A DNA stretch of 60,885 nt, filler included, from Sphacelaria rigidula (GCA_964200075.2; 6 parts of 6 records of this genome joined end to end with filler, not necessarily neighbours in it); one strand, 5' to 3'; shown: positions 35,949-48,301, counted from the whole stretch's first letter. A program made the numbers and translations. The notes: generated by a model not told the origin, from the sequence alone.

Positions 35949-38900
35949 TGTTGGGATCGCAGGTACCGGTCACGAAGGTTTGGTCTGATGTGGGGGCGTG
36001 TAATGTGGGATAGCAGTTGTTATACATGAATTACTCTTCTCTTTGACCGTGTACCCCGGTGGGTGGTTTGTATCTGTCTTGCCCAGAAGCGGCACCTTGA
36101 ACACTATCTTCTTTCTACACTCTGAAGCAGCCTGTCTGCTAGCTTGGCTTAACTGCCATTGCGCCAACTCTAGCGACCACGACAAAGGGGTTCTGAGTGA
36201 ATCCTTCAACAGGTTATGAGCCTCGATCGTGTTGGTGCTGACGGAGCGGTGGACCTAGGAAGAAAGGGCAGCAGCAAAAGGACATATCTTTGCTGGAAAA
36301 CAACGTGAGTTGAGTCAAAGTAATACGGCACTGTGTGTGTCTGGCACTACAACAGTGCGTTGTACTACGATTGAGGACGGCACTCACTTTGTGCGTACCT
36401 GGCATCATCGCAGTACGGAGATCGCTGCGGTACGAAGTGGTATTTTTTTTAAAAGCAGGATAACTGCAGGTGAACAGGAGTAGCTCTGCATTGCGACTAC
36501 TCTCGACTGGCGCTACAGCAGGGTACCACAACCTGAACCGAGTAGGGCGTGTGATCTATTCTTTGAGGGGACGACACCAGCGTGCGCAGCACCACGGCTG
36601 ACCTGCGGGAACAGTAACAGTAAGTAGTCGGATCCTTTTTTTCGGAAATAAGTTTTCCCGCGCCTACTACAGACGTGCCCAACCATGTACGGTGTGCGTG
36701 ACAACTTGTAAGCTATTTTCCGTTCCAGTGCTGCCCAGCTGGTCACATTAAGCGGTGTCACCAGGTGCCGCTGTTGTGGTGGGGGCCATATCTGGACTCG
36801 ATTCTTTCGGTGTCTTTTTTTTCGCGACCTCCCTTGACAAGTCAAGCGGCGGTGACCAAGGCCGATTGTGTGGTGGTATCGGAACACTTTATATACTATA
36901 CGCGTTACGTTGGAGCAAAGCGACGAGGAGGATTATCATGGCGGACAATGAGAGTATTAGTGCGGTACTTAAGTTGTGTACAAGATTTGATGGCAAAGAC
37001 AAGGCTAGTTTCCGAGAGTACCAAGACAAACTACGGGTGATCCTCTCCCTCCACCATAATGCGGCCGCAGAAATTCTGCAGGGGGGGGGCGTACTCATTT
37101 GTTGCTTGCCTTAGTCATTTGACCATGAATTCTGCAGGGGCGGCAGAGACCCGCACGCACCGTAATTGGTGATGAACCGTCAACCCGTGATACGGCAGCC
37201 TCACTGGCTTGGAATCGCGCAAACAGTGACCTGTTCACCATCTTATTTTTCACCACCGAGAAATCAGCGAACAATACCGTGAGACCTTTCATGGGGAAAA
37301 TCCAGGAGGATGGAGTTGGTAATGGCCGAGCAGCGTGGGTAGTGCTGCAAGAAAAATATGACGGCAACACAAAAGAGGCCCGTAGGGAATTCCATGATAA
37401 ACTCCACAATACGACGATGCAGTCAGGGGACGATCCGGAAGATTTTTTGTTTGTCATGGATGGCTACCGTGACCGCCTGGAGGAAATGGGGCAGTCGACG
37501 GAGAGGAGGCCGGGGGTCCGGGGTTCTAGCGCACAGCTCGCAACCTACTGTGGGGGATCAGGAAGACACTTTCCCCACTAGTGCGCGCGCTGGCCGTAAT
37601 AGCCGTAGTCCACTACGTCTGGTTGATGTTTGGGAGCTCATTATATCCCCGGGCCACGTCGAACCTCGACGACACCGCTGAAATATTTGGCGGGATCACC
37701 GATGCTGATGATGGGACGGCTCTCGCGGCAGGACCTGCTCTTGACAAGTGGACTGAGGGTAGCAATAGCCATGTCAGTGTCATGGTAGACAGTAGTGCGT
37801 CGGGACATTACTTCGACGATACCCTCATCCCGGGGCTACGGTATAAACTCCACAACTACCAAGAACTGGCTACCCCGCGTACTATCACCACCGCAGGGTG
37901 GCATCACCTGGCAGTGGTTGGTAAAGGACTGCTCCGCGGCCACATCCAAGACGGCGAAGAGGTCAAACGCCTGGTTCAGATTTCGTGTTTGGTCGTGCAT
38001 GGCTTGGGGCGGAACTTGTTCTCCGTCAAACAAGCAACATGAAATGGTGTTGTGTCTATTTTTGACATGAACAACCCAAGACTGGAGACGAACAACTTCA
38101 CCGTTCCGCTCCAGGAACTGGAGAGCGACTTGTATTTCTTCTCTCTGGAACTAAGCAGCGGCAACAACGCATCTGGACTGGCTTTGCAAGCTGCAGACGC
38201 CGCCACGCTGTGGCATGGGAGGATGGGACACTTAAACAGCAATAGTTTCAATCTTCTCAAGAACGTCGGAAGAAACGGGGTGGGTTTCGGTGAAGTCGTT
38301 CCGGACTGCGATATTTGTGCCGTTGGGAAAAGTCATCAACTGGCCCACCCGAAGACAGCCAACAACAAAGTGCAACGCGCTTTTCAACTGGTCATGATAG
38401 ATTTGATGGGACCGATCATGCCGGAAGCGCTGGGAGGCTTCAAGTACGTCTGCAAGATCTCCGATGAGTATAACAGATGGACAGAGATTTGCCTTCAAAA
38501 ATCCAAGGACGGCACTCTTCATGCATTTCAGTCCCACGTACAGTCAACGATCATTCCTGGCGGTATTCGGATCGAACGACTAAGGGCAGATAAAGGCGGT
38601 GAGTTCATCGGCAACGAGTTCAAGTCGTACTGCCGACAGACGGGCATATTGTTAGAGTTTGCAAGCACCAATACACCACAACAAATCGGCCTGTCAGAAG
38701 GCGTGGGAAGGACGCTTGCAGCCATGGTCCGGTGCATGCTTGCTGACAGTGGTTTGCCGACCTTTCTCTGGGGGCAATTGATGTTCACAGCGGCCTATCT
38801 TGCAAACAGATCACCGCATTCGGCGCTTGACATGCAGTCGCCTCATAAGATGTGAAGGGGACAGAACCGAATCTCAAACACCTTCGAGTTGTCGGAGCCA

Positions 38901-40133
38901 GGGCTTTCGTACATATCGAGCGGCATACTCCGAAAACTTGCTCTCAAAGCAGTTGAAGGACGACTAGTTTGGTACAGCAATGACAGTCAGAGCTACCGAG
39001 TCTACAACCCGGCCACGCGACGTATCATTGAGAGCAAGAACGTCGTCTTCATCGAGACTCCGACACACCTTACCCCGACGGGAGAGTCACAACTTCGGAT
39101 ACACACATTTTCACTTGGTGACCAGGAATGCAACAACAGAGAGGGCCACAATTACGTCACCGACGACGACTTCTTCCGTGATCTTCGCGACCACACCTCC
39201 GTACAAGCTCAACTGGCTCACACCTCCGTTGATCATACCACTGCCAGCGGGACTTCTAACGATCCACAGGTGACCGAGCTTCTGGAAAGAATCAGCGCAA
39301 TCACCAAGCGGGACATGCTGCACGACGATGACACACCTTGTGAAGAGACGTCGCCAACAGCATCACCGGAGAGCCGTTCGCCGCTGGAACAACCTGCACC
39401 CCCTTCTCGGGACGAAGTTAGCCAGTCCACATCATCAGCCGAATCACCACTGCTCTACCGCTCTCGACACTCTCGCCATCAAGTAACTCCCGCCGTGACA
39501 CGCGCAGGCACTGCAGCGCGCTCCTTCCGGGGACGCAACATCAACGACAGCGCAGCTTCTGCGCACCTTTCAGCCACTGTGGACGACTAAATGCTCTCCG
39601 AGCTACGGCGACTGCAAATACACACCAACGCGCTCCTACCAGATGTCGTGCACCAGACGTTTGGGGCAGAATCAATCGTGGAGTACGCCCACACAACTAC
39701 CAACCTCTCGAGCTGTCCAGTGGGGGAGAAACCCGAAAGAACCCCAACCACGTTCAATGAGGCCATGAGTCTCCCCGAAAAGGAATCATAGAAGGCGGCA
39801 TCAGATAAGGAGATGGATAGCCTAAGAAGAAATAACGTGTATACTCTAGTGCCGTCAAGCTCCGTCCCAACTGGACACAGGTTAATCGGGTCCCGATGGG
39901 TGTACAAGAAGAAGCGGATTCCTCGCACAAGGCCCGAGTCGTCATGCAGGGTTGGAGACAAGTCCCTGGCGTCGACTGTGGCAGCACTTCCGCACCGGTC
40001 TGCAGGATCCAAAGCTTCCGCATGGTATTAGCTGTAGCGGCGGAGTATGACTTGGGGTGTTGGCAACTGGACTATAACACCGCCTTTCTGAACGCCGAAC
40101 TCAAGGAAGAAGTTTACGTCAAAATGGCGCCAG
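35949..40133 (+). mobile_element. Decayed Ty1/copia element: 5' LTR (35949-36211), PBS, gag, protease, integrase, start of RT
   Basis: LTR TGTTG...CAACA, then GGTTATGAGCC (copia-type PBS for a tRNAi-Met fragment). gag from 36938 (AWVVLQEKY...MQSGDDPEDF), VDSSASGHY, LWHGRMGHLN..CDICAVGKS, DLMGP, RLRADKGGEF, KARVVMQG, WQLDYNTAFLNA..EEVYVKMAPG. Confidence 0.93.
37085..37127 (-). mobile_element. 43-bp poly(C)-tailed insertion (subfamily A) disrupting copia gag
   Basis: Perfect 13-bp TSD AATTCTGCAGGGG (37072-37084 and 37128-37140). Removing it restores the gag frame AEILQGRQRPART. Confidence 0.9.
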
Positions 40134-40559
40134 GAGGATCACCCCGCAGCGCACGACGAAACGCGTTGACGCGGCAATGCAATATGCCGCGCAGGCGCTC
40201 CGCTTTTGAGTCGCTGAGGCCTTTCGCCACAGCGTCCGTCACGCTCTCCACCAGCGCGACCTTCCGAGCAGACTCCTCTTCCGCCGGAACCTTATACATA
40301 CCCGGGCCGCGCTCTACTAAGCGTTCCACCGCCGCATCCCTCTCTTCGGCCACCTGCCCCCCAGCCTCCTGGAGAGCATCAACCGACAAGCGTACGCCAC
40401 GACTGCCCAAAAAGGCGGGCGTCTCCAAACGTGGACCACGCGGAGACATCTCTGCCTTCATGGAGTCCCACAACCGCCCAGCGTTGGCTCCAATATCGTG
40501 AAGCACAGGTAACTCCTGAAGAATAGCGCCATCCGACCCCGGCATGATCGCAAACGAGA
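40134..40559 (-). mobile_element. Ty3/gypsy pol fragment (protease-RT linker) abutting and truncating the copia RT
   Basis: ORF IMPGSD...AVERLVERGP...RLRGILHCRVNAFRRALRGDPP resembles the pre-RT region of gypsy elements. Abrupt junction after copia VYVKMAPG. Confidence 0.6.
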
Positions 40560-40659
40560 NNNNNNNNNNNNNNNNNNNNNNNNNNNNNNNNNNNNNNNNN
40601 NNNTTAATTAATTAANNNNNNNNNNNNNNNNNNNNNNNNNNNNNNNNNNNNNNNNNNNN
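40560..40659. other. Artificial contig spacer
   Basis: Same N44-TTAATTAATTAA-N44 structure. Confidence 0.98.
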
Positions 40660-40735
40660 GGGGGGCGTACTCATTTGTTGCTTGCCTTAGTCATTTGACC
40701 ATTGACCACGCATCCCTTTCGAGACGGAGCACCGG
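40660..40735 (-). mobile_element. 5'-truncated poly(C)-tailed element, subfamily A (tail at contig edge)
   Basis: ggggggcgtactcatttgttgcttgccttagtcatttgaccattgaccacgcatccctttcgagacggagcacc, followed by a G-run. Confidence 0.85.
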
Positions 40736-40884
40736 TGGGGGGGGCGAAGAAGCACCGCAGATCCCCGTCGGTAGTGGAGGGTGCGAAGTGCCTTCACCGC
40801 CCCCGCGAGGGGGGGGGGAAAGGCGGGGTGGTACCAGAGATCCCCGTTCCACATTTTGTCAAAGGAGGGGATGAGGGATAGCTG

Positions 40885-40887
<3 letters not shown>

Positions 40888-40932
<45 letters not shown>
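40888..40932. repeat. (TCA)n microsatellite
   Basis: About 15 TCA units; gives a spurious poly-D ORF. Confidence 0.95.
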
Positions 40933-41110
40933 ACGCCAACATCAGCGCCGACGCCGACACCAACGCCGACGCTCACATCGGCATCGAACACTCCCTCGTC
41001 GCCCGCACTGTCAATATCTTCCACGGGTCCCTCGCAAGACGGCGGGGGGGAGCGGCGACGCTCCCCAACTCCCGAGGACCGAGTAACACCGTCTTACGTG
41101 GACCGACGAG

Positions 41111-43220
41111 TTGCCAAAATCAAAGGCGGGGCGTACGAGGAGCCAAACGAGCGAGGTCATGGAGTCGGCAAACACACGAGGTGAAACGCTGGTGGCTAAC
41201 GGAGCGGAGGAGAGCAGAAAGGAAGCGGAGATGGTGCTGGTGGGAATCGCCGACGACAAATGCTCAACCGTGGAGATGATCCCCGCGGCAGCAGGACAGG
41301 TGGCAGGACGAGACGCAATCGCCTCGATCCAAAACGAGTTTGCCGAAAAACAGTTTTTTTCTTTTGTTGCTGAGGAAGACAGAGTAGGACAGCCTGCATT
41401 CGGTTTCCGTTCACCGGTCGGCCTACACGTAAGCGAAGTAGAGGCAGCACTCACCAGTATGGACGGCATAGCAAAAGCAGACTTTCGAGAGGCATGGTTA
41501 GGCGCGATGCAGACCGAACTGGGAGGTCATGAAAAGGCTGGAACATTTTCGATTGGTCCTGAACCGGAAGGAGTAAACGTGATTTCAGCGAAGTGGGCTT
41601 TTAGTCGGAAACCTGACGCAGATGGTACTATAACAAAGGCAAAGGCTAGGTTAGTAGCACAAAGATTCGGATAACCTGTCGCAGTCGACTATTTCGAGAC
41701 TTTCGCGGCAACGCCTCCATGGCCTCCATCAAACTGGTTATGGCAGTGGCAATTCAGGAACAGCGGCTACTGTACCATTTCGACGTAAGACAGGCTTTGT
41801 GCAAGCAAAGATGGACACTGACGTATACAGTACATGAGGCTGCCTGAAGGTTGCCACGTTTTGACAGACATAACCGTGAAGCTGGAACAGTCTATTTACG
41901 GGATCAAGCAAGCAGCAGGCAGTGGTCTCGTTTTCTGTGCCAAACTCTACTGAAGGATGTCGGGATTGTGCAGTGTGAGGCTGACCCTTGTGTTTTCAAA
42001 ATGGGGGATGCAGGAGACGTGCGTGTGATTTTAGTCATCCATGTGGACGACATTCTATTCAGTGGTACAGAGGAAAATGTGCAAAAATTGGGCAAACTTC
42101 TGAACGGCAAGTTCCCCACGAACAATCTCGGAGAGATCACATGGTATACATGGGGTGTGCGGTGGATATAGACTGGGATAGAGGCACGCTGTCGGTGACG
42201 CAAACCACGTTTACTGACACGCTCCTAGAGCGTTTTGAGGTGACGGGATACTCGGAAATCCCTGCCTCTCTTTCTGTGGAGTTGGGGCCTACAACGGGCG
42301 AAGACACAGTGGTAAATCGCCCATACCGTAACGCAGTGGCGGGACTGATGTGGCTGGAAACAGTCACTAGACCTGAAGTAGCGAATGTAGGACGAGTCCT
42401 CGCTCGCCAATCACACGACCCGTGCGAGAGGCACTGGGAAGCAGTGGTAAAGGTGCTGAAGTATCTAAATAGGACAAAGGAGTTTGGACTTACATTCAAG
42501 AAATCACGACAGGCTTTCAGCTTACTGTAATGCAGACTACACGGGTGGCCACTGGGGTGCCTGCAACCTCAATGTTGGACCTTACAGACGTTGCACAAGG
42601 TCTGTAACGTCCAAATTTGAGGTTACAGGCATGCCAGTGGCCACTCGTGTACGCTAAGAAGGAAACAGACATACGTTCAGTTTCAGGGGAAGCTGTGGTG
42701 TATGGTGGAGTGGTAGTGTCGGCGACAAGCCGCACGCAACACTGTGACTCTATCAACCACGGAGGCAAAGTATGTCGCAATAGCCGAGGGGGCAAAGTAG
42801 GGACTGTTTGTGACGGCAGTGTTGACGTTTCTGCGACCTCAGTCTGTGTCGGGATGTGGGGAGGACCACGGTATTGTTTTGTACGAGGACAACGAGGGAG
42901 CAAAGGCTCCGGCCGAAAATCCCCTCAGTTTCGAAAGGAGTAAGCACATCTACGTGAGGTATCATTTCACTCGAGAGCTGGTGGGGACGGGAAAGATCAG
43001 GGTTGTGCATGTAGATTCAGGATGGCAGCATGTTGATATTTCAACGAAGCCTCTCTTGATCAACTTGTTTACGAGATACACAAGGTTTTTGATTAACTTG
43101 GAAGGTGACAAGTAGACAACGCTTCGTGTGTACCCTTGTGCTATCTCCGGATATTTTCAGGTCTTAGTAATCCATTTATGCGCATATTGGCTTAAGTCAC
43201 CCACGCTACTTTGGGGGGGC
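41111..43220 (+). mobile_element. Decayed Ty1/copia RT - RNase H region with PPT (second copia family)
   Basis: AWLGAMQTEL, VISAKWAF..K.DADG...KAKARLVA, LVIHVDDILF, PYRNAVAGLMWL..TRPE, ADYA..D.RSVSG, YEDNEGA...NP..ERSKHI.VRYHF.RE, DISTKPL. Stop at 43115; G-rich PPT near 43213-43219. Confidence 0.92.
42540..42649. mobile_element. 110-bp foldback Tc1/mariner-type MITE inserted in copia RNase H
   Basis: TA duplication (42538-42539 and 42650-42651); ~50-bp imperfect arms with a 10-nt loop. Removal restores ADYAKKETDIRSVSG. Confidence 0.88.
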
Positions 43221-45080
43221 ATGGGGTTTGTCGGGCGTTGCCTGACATGACGTGTATCTGCCTCGACCGGCGTCCATACATCACCTAGATGGAGCACAAC
43301 CACTTGACGGGAGGGTGGCTTTGCTCGGACGGCTGGGTTTCCCCTTGTATCGTTTTTTTTCAGAGAGAGATAGCCATGGCGGCTGATGTACAGTTTCAGA
43401 AGGGTTGTTCATGTGAATGGGTACACTGAGTGAACATGCACATGTGCGGATAGATTGATGCTGACGCACGGGTACTGGTAGTAAAGTGTGTGTGACTACA
43501 GTACCATGTTCGGGCCGGCAGCGTCACCGCCGCAAGTCCTTACTCCACATCTGATCCCTCTACTATACGATCGACTCCTTCGAGGCACTCTCCAACAACA
43601 CAACAAAAATGATATCTGTCCTTCGTCGCGGGTCACGGAATAATACTCAGTACAGTAGAGCAACGAAAGCTAGCTATGATCGGGTTTGCCTGCCGTACTG
43701 CCGTCAGCTTTGCTTGAAAGCCACAAGACCTTTGCGGTCGGCGGTTGATGGCGTGGGTGTCAAAATCAACCACAAGTGGTTGATCGTAGAGCACTCTTGT
43801 TCCTCGTGGGGTCATATGTCGCCCTAGCCTGTAATGATTCTGAAAAGCTGCTTGCTGTACCGCGGGGTTCACGTAGCGGGTGTGTCCTCCAGATTGCAGC
43901 ATGGACGCATCCCTCTGCACCACGCTAGAAACAGTCAGGTCACCACCACAGGTACTTGTTTTCACTCCGCATGTCAAGAAGGTCTCCACAAGTGTTTGAT
44001 CTCTCATACACCCCCGCAATTGGTGTTTGGCACGCTCTTCTCGTCGCGCACCCAGATGGTCACATGTCGGGGAAAATGAACGATGAATAACACGCCCCAA
44101 ATTCAAATTGAATCTACTATTGCCGCAGCATCGTCCTCGCTGGCATGTGTGCAACAGAGAGCAGTAGTAGCGGTGACGGGAACGTTGCCCTGGTTTTCAA
44201 CAATATCTTTTTGGTGCACAGAGGCGCGTCCTGTCCAAAAAGAGAGGCAGAGAGAAATCGATCTTCGCATTGGTGAGCTCCACAGGCAGGAAGAGACGAG
44301 AGACGAGATCCCTCCGCACCTCGATGTTCTTTGAGGGTCTGTGCACAGCAGTACAACATACCTACCGTCACATGTGAAATGAGGTACATACCGATAACAT
44401 GCATGATGCCAGTCTCTCGAGGAATCGGTAATCGCCGAGCGAGGACACGCAAAGGACACGGGCGAGGAGCTCCCTCTCTGTCGTTGCTTCTCTCTCCGGT
44501 GATATCGTCATCGACACGCGTGTACACCGCATTCGTTCGGAGCATCTAGCCACAACTGCTTCATTGCTGCAGACTTTTGGGGGGAACGATGTTTTTGCTC
44601 TGTGTGACTGTTTCGCGTCATCCCTGCAAAAACGATATGCCACTTGAACCTCCTCCTAGAGATCAACCCCAAAAATTGGGATCCGCTGTTATGTACTGTA
44701 CATCAACTGAGATTCCGATTAGTGCCACTGCGAAGATTGGGACTGTATGTTTCGGTCCACTGGCAACCCTGGGCGTAACGTTGCCAAATGCCAGTACAAG
44801 GTAGCAACCACGATCATACATGCCGTGGCGTGTAAACCAGTGGCCACCTGTGAGAGGGTGCAACGTTGAAGAACTCACCATTATTGTGCACTGCGCTCTC
44901 CCGGGCAGGAGCTGCTGAAAGTAGTCAGCATCAGAAGGTTTCAGAATTCGTAGTTGTTGTAATTCTTGTGTTTTTCCCGAGTATTATTCTTCATTACTAC
45001 TTGAAAGTGATAGCGCCGGTGGATTTAGCTGAAAGCGTAGGCCGCGCTCAAACTGCAGTGTCGAAGTTGGTGTTTTCGAG

Positions 45081-45512
45081 GCGATACGGACTAGATACCC
45101 CGTTTATCAGGAGGGTGTTATTGACCGGTTTCGATCCAATAAAACAGTTTTCCGGCTCTTTCGCAACGAAACGGTAAATATTCAGATGAAACAAATACGT
45201 ATACAATTCCTCACAATAACGATCGAGATCGTGTTCCCCTCCTATACTGCACAGACCTCAGTCAAGTATTTTCTGCGGATGGCCTCTTCCCGTTTTTTTT
45301 TCGCATAACATTACCCATAAGCACTCGAAATGGCTAGCGTCGAGAGTTTCGGCAAAAGAAGCAGATCGTGCTCAAATAACAATGCCCAAGTTGGTTTTAT
45401 GAAGGCGATACGGAGTAAAGACCCCGTTCATCAGGAGGATGTTATTAACCGTGAATGGTCCAAAAAACATAGTTTTCCGGCTTTAGCGCAGTGAATAGGT
45501 GGAATTTCAGAA
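45081..45512. repeat. Degenerate direct repeat (~105 bp x2, ~324 bp apart)
   Basis: ggcgatacgga..accccgtt.atcaggagg.tgttatt.accg...agttttccggct at ~45081 and ~45405. Confidence 0.65.
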
Positions 45513-45872
45513 ACACAATCCTTTTTGAGTCTTCAATTTTATGATTGGGATCGAGTCGCTCCACCAAAAATACTCAAAAGCTACAATCTGGGGTTGAACT
45601 CTCGCAGGACCCCCGGAGACCGGTCAAGCCCGTAAGTTACTCAATATCGATTGCCGATATTTTTTCTTTCAATGTTTATCTAGGGGCATCCAACAGTCAC
45701 TGTCATGAGCGGTGTCAAGGGAACCAAGTTTGAAAATCTTCAAGAAACTAAGAAATCACGAATTCTGCATACTTCCGACGCTGGCTACTGTATCATGATA
45801 GATTATACCACCACAATGAATAAAGCTCATGTATCATTACTATCTGGCTGAAATTATTTCATGTAGGATCAG

Positions 45873-48301
45873 TGTCATGAGGCTAGGAGGCGTTTATGAT
45901 CAAATCCGGGATGTTATAGTTGCGGATTTGATCAGGCTTGACTAGGTCGGATGCAAAGTCGATAAAAGGGAACAGGACACGGGTTTAGCAACCACCCATC
46001 GTTTACTCGCAAGGTGGAGCCTACAGCTAAGCATTGTTATAGCCGGTGAGCAACGTGAGAGAGCATTGAACAGAACTACACCGAATAGGAGTGAACAAGA
46101 GTCTTTTAGATCAAGTGGGTCTTTCCGAACGAGTTACATCTCAGCCGTCACCCCCGTCTACCCATCACCGTGTTTGAGGGATACACATTCGATGGCCACC
46201 AAGGCTTCGATCAGGATCAGGTATCCTACCATGACCTCGCACGTGCACGCCAGCGCAAAGCTTTCACTCTCGTGCGTCAACAACATGCTATCAACGCTTC
46301 GCGCCTCGAGTGATCTGATAATGCTCTCTACAATTTGATGCACAAACGTCCTACTGGAAGGTTGGTGATTGAGTCTGGGTTTACAACAATTTATCGACCG
46401 TCCGCCGAGGCGCCGACAGAGGCGCCGAAGAGACAGTCTTCAAGACTAAGTTATCCTCAACTGGACAGAACCATTCAAGATCCTGATCGTAGGGCCCTCG
46501 CCATCGTCACCTGATGGCAACCCTGTTCGTGACAAACTTCTTTATCGCGATCTCCCTCGCGATCCTCAGGGACATGGCGCCAAACCTCTCGTCTCTGTGC
46601 ACCATTGCAAACCTTGCACAAACTCGCATGACACAAGCAAAATGCCCAAATATCTGCCTGCCCGTCTTACGCAATGCGTGCTTAATATAGCTATTCGACC
46701 AAGTCACCGCCTCATCACGTTACCACTGACATGACCGAACGACCCCTTAGCCTAGCCGTATCCCATATCTCTGGTCACCAGATCACTCGCGGTCGAGAAG
46801 GTAAAATTTCTGTCATGTACAAAACGCACTGGCAAGGCCTTCGGAGAGCATTCTGGGAAATTTGAATCCTACCTGTGTTGGACACAACCCCAGCAGCAAT
46901 ATCTCGCTAACAACAAGAAATGTCGCAACATGCGCCGCGGCGCAGCAGCCCGCGAACTTCACTGTGACAAAGGTTTGCACTTTGTCGCCGGTGTTTGTGA
47001 AATGATACCCACTAAGCATTGGGAAGCAAAGAATTACGCAAAACAGGGAGTCCTCCCCAAAGGCGCCTATCTGTGGTACAAAGGCAGCGACAACCTCTGG
47101 TGGCTTGGCCAGACGCACTTCGCCAACCTGAACGCGACTGACACATCCATTGCGCGCTTAATCGATGACCCTGGACCCGTGCAGCTCAAGCTCCGACCAG
47201 AGCTATATACCACCAGTCCATCCGCACCACGAAAATATTGGTTTCCCCAGCGACTCAAGTCCAATGGCCTCCGCCACGAAATCTAGCATAACATCGATCG
47301 CACACATGATGTCAACGCACCACCTTTGAGCTTCTAACGACCCCCTGCTTTTTGATCCACTACATTTTCCTCTTTTCTCCGTCCCCTATCATTTGGATAT
47401 TTCTCCCTGCTTCCATAGTTAAGGACACACCAGTACCACCCACCGACTTCTTCAACAGCCTGCAACCGGGGCTCCTTAGGCGCACAACAACGCACCGCGA
47501 ATGAAACTTGCCTGGAGCCCCCTCATCTTCGGTTACTGGAGCTTTTCGTATTCTCGCTTTTGATTTATTGTGTCTTTGGGGCTGGACCCCTTGCAGCCTT
47601 AGTCACTGATTCCTTTGCTTTTCTCAGCCACCATGTGCTCGCCGCATGTGAATGACCTTTTGGCGGCTGAGTTTGGTATCAACCACGTAGACGTTGTGCC
47701 CCTGGTATGTCTTCGCGTTTGCCTCTTTACTTTGGCTAGCGCGTCGAAGCACTTTTGTGTTCTGCGTCTTCAAGCGCATTTGGTCGCAGATTCTGCTTTC
47801 CTTGTCCGAGGTGTGGGAGGAGCGGGCAGCGGAGTGGGTATTGCCCTCCTGGTCTGGGGTGTTCCTTTGTTTCCAGCCACTACGGCCGAATGCCTTTACA
47901 GCATTTGAGTTTGCCTTCTTTGCCGTTCATGACTTCATGTGGACAAAAAGCTCGATTTTCGCTCCCTATGGAGACTCCTCATCGCAAGTGTAATATAGGT
48001 TCTTCTGGGTGGGCTAGTGTCATGAGGCGTTTATGATCAAACCCGGGATTTTATAGTTATGCGTCTGATCAGGCTTGACTAGGTCGGATGCGAATTCGAT
48101 AAAAGGGAACAGGATAAGGGTGTAGCAGCCTCCCATCGTTTACTCGCGAGGTGGAGCCCATCGCTAAGCATTGCTATAGCCGGTGAGCAACGTGAAGAGC
48201 ATTGAACAGAGCGATAAATAATACGAGTGAACGAAAGTCTTTTAGGTCAAGTGGATATAGCTTACCGTGTAAAGCTAATGAGGTGTGAGCTATTTCAGAC
48301 A
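45873..48301 (+). mobile_element. Internally deleted Ty3/gypsy element: truncated 5' LTR (45873-~46118), integrase C-terminus, chromodomain-like and tail ORF remnants, PPT, 3' LTR (48018-48301)
   Basis: Two homologous TGTCATGAGG... LTRs. Internal NWTEPFKILIVGP (GPF/Y), ISGHQITRGREGKISVMYKTHWQG, VLPKGAYLWYKGSDNLWWLG...IDDPGPVQLKL. PPT-like GGGTGGGCTAG before 48018. Confidence 0.85.

Noticed and set aside
38052-38855. 267-aa ORF as a host or domesticated gene
   Set aside because: It is the copia integrase, surrounded by stop- and frameshift-damaged pol, with altered conserved residues.
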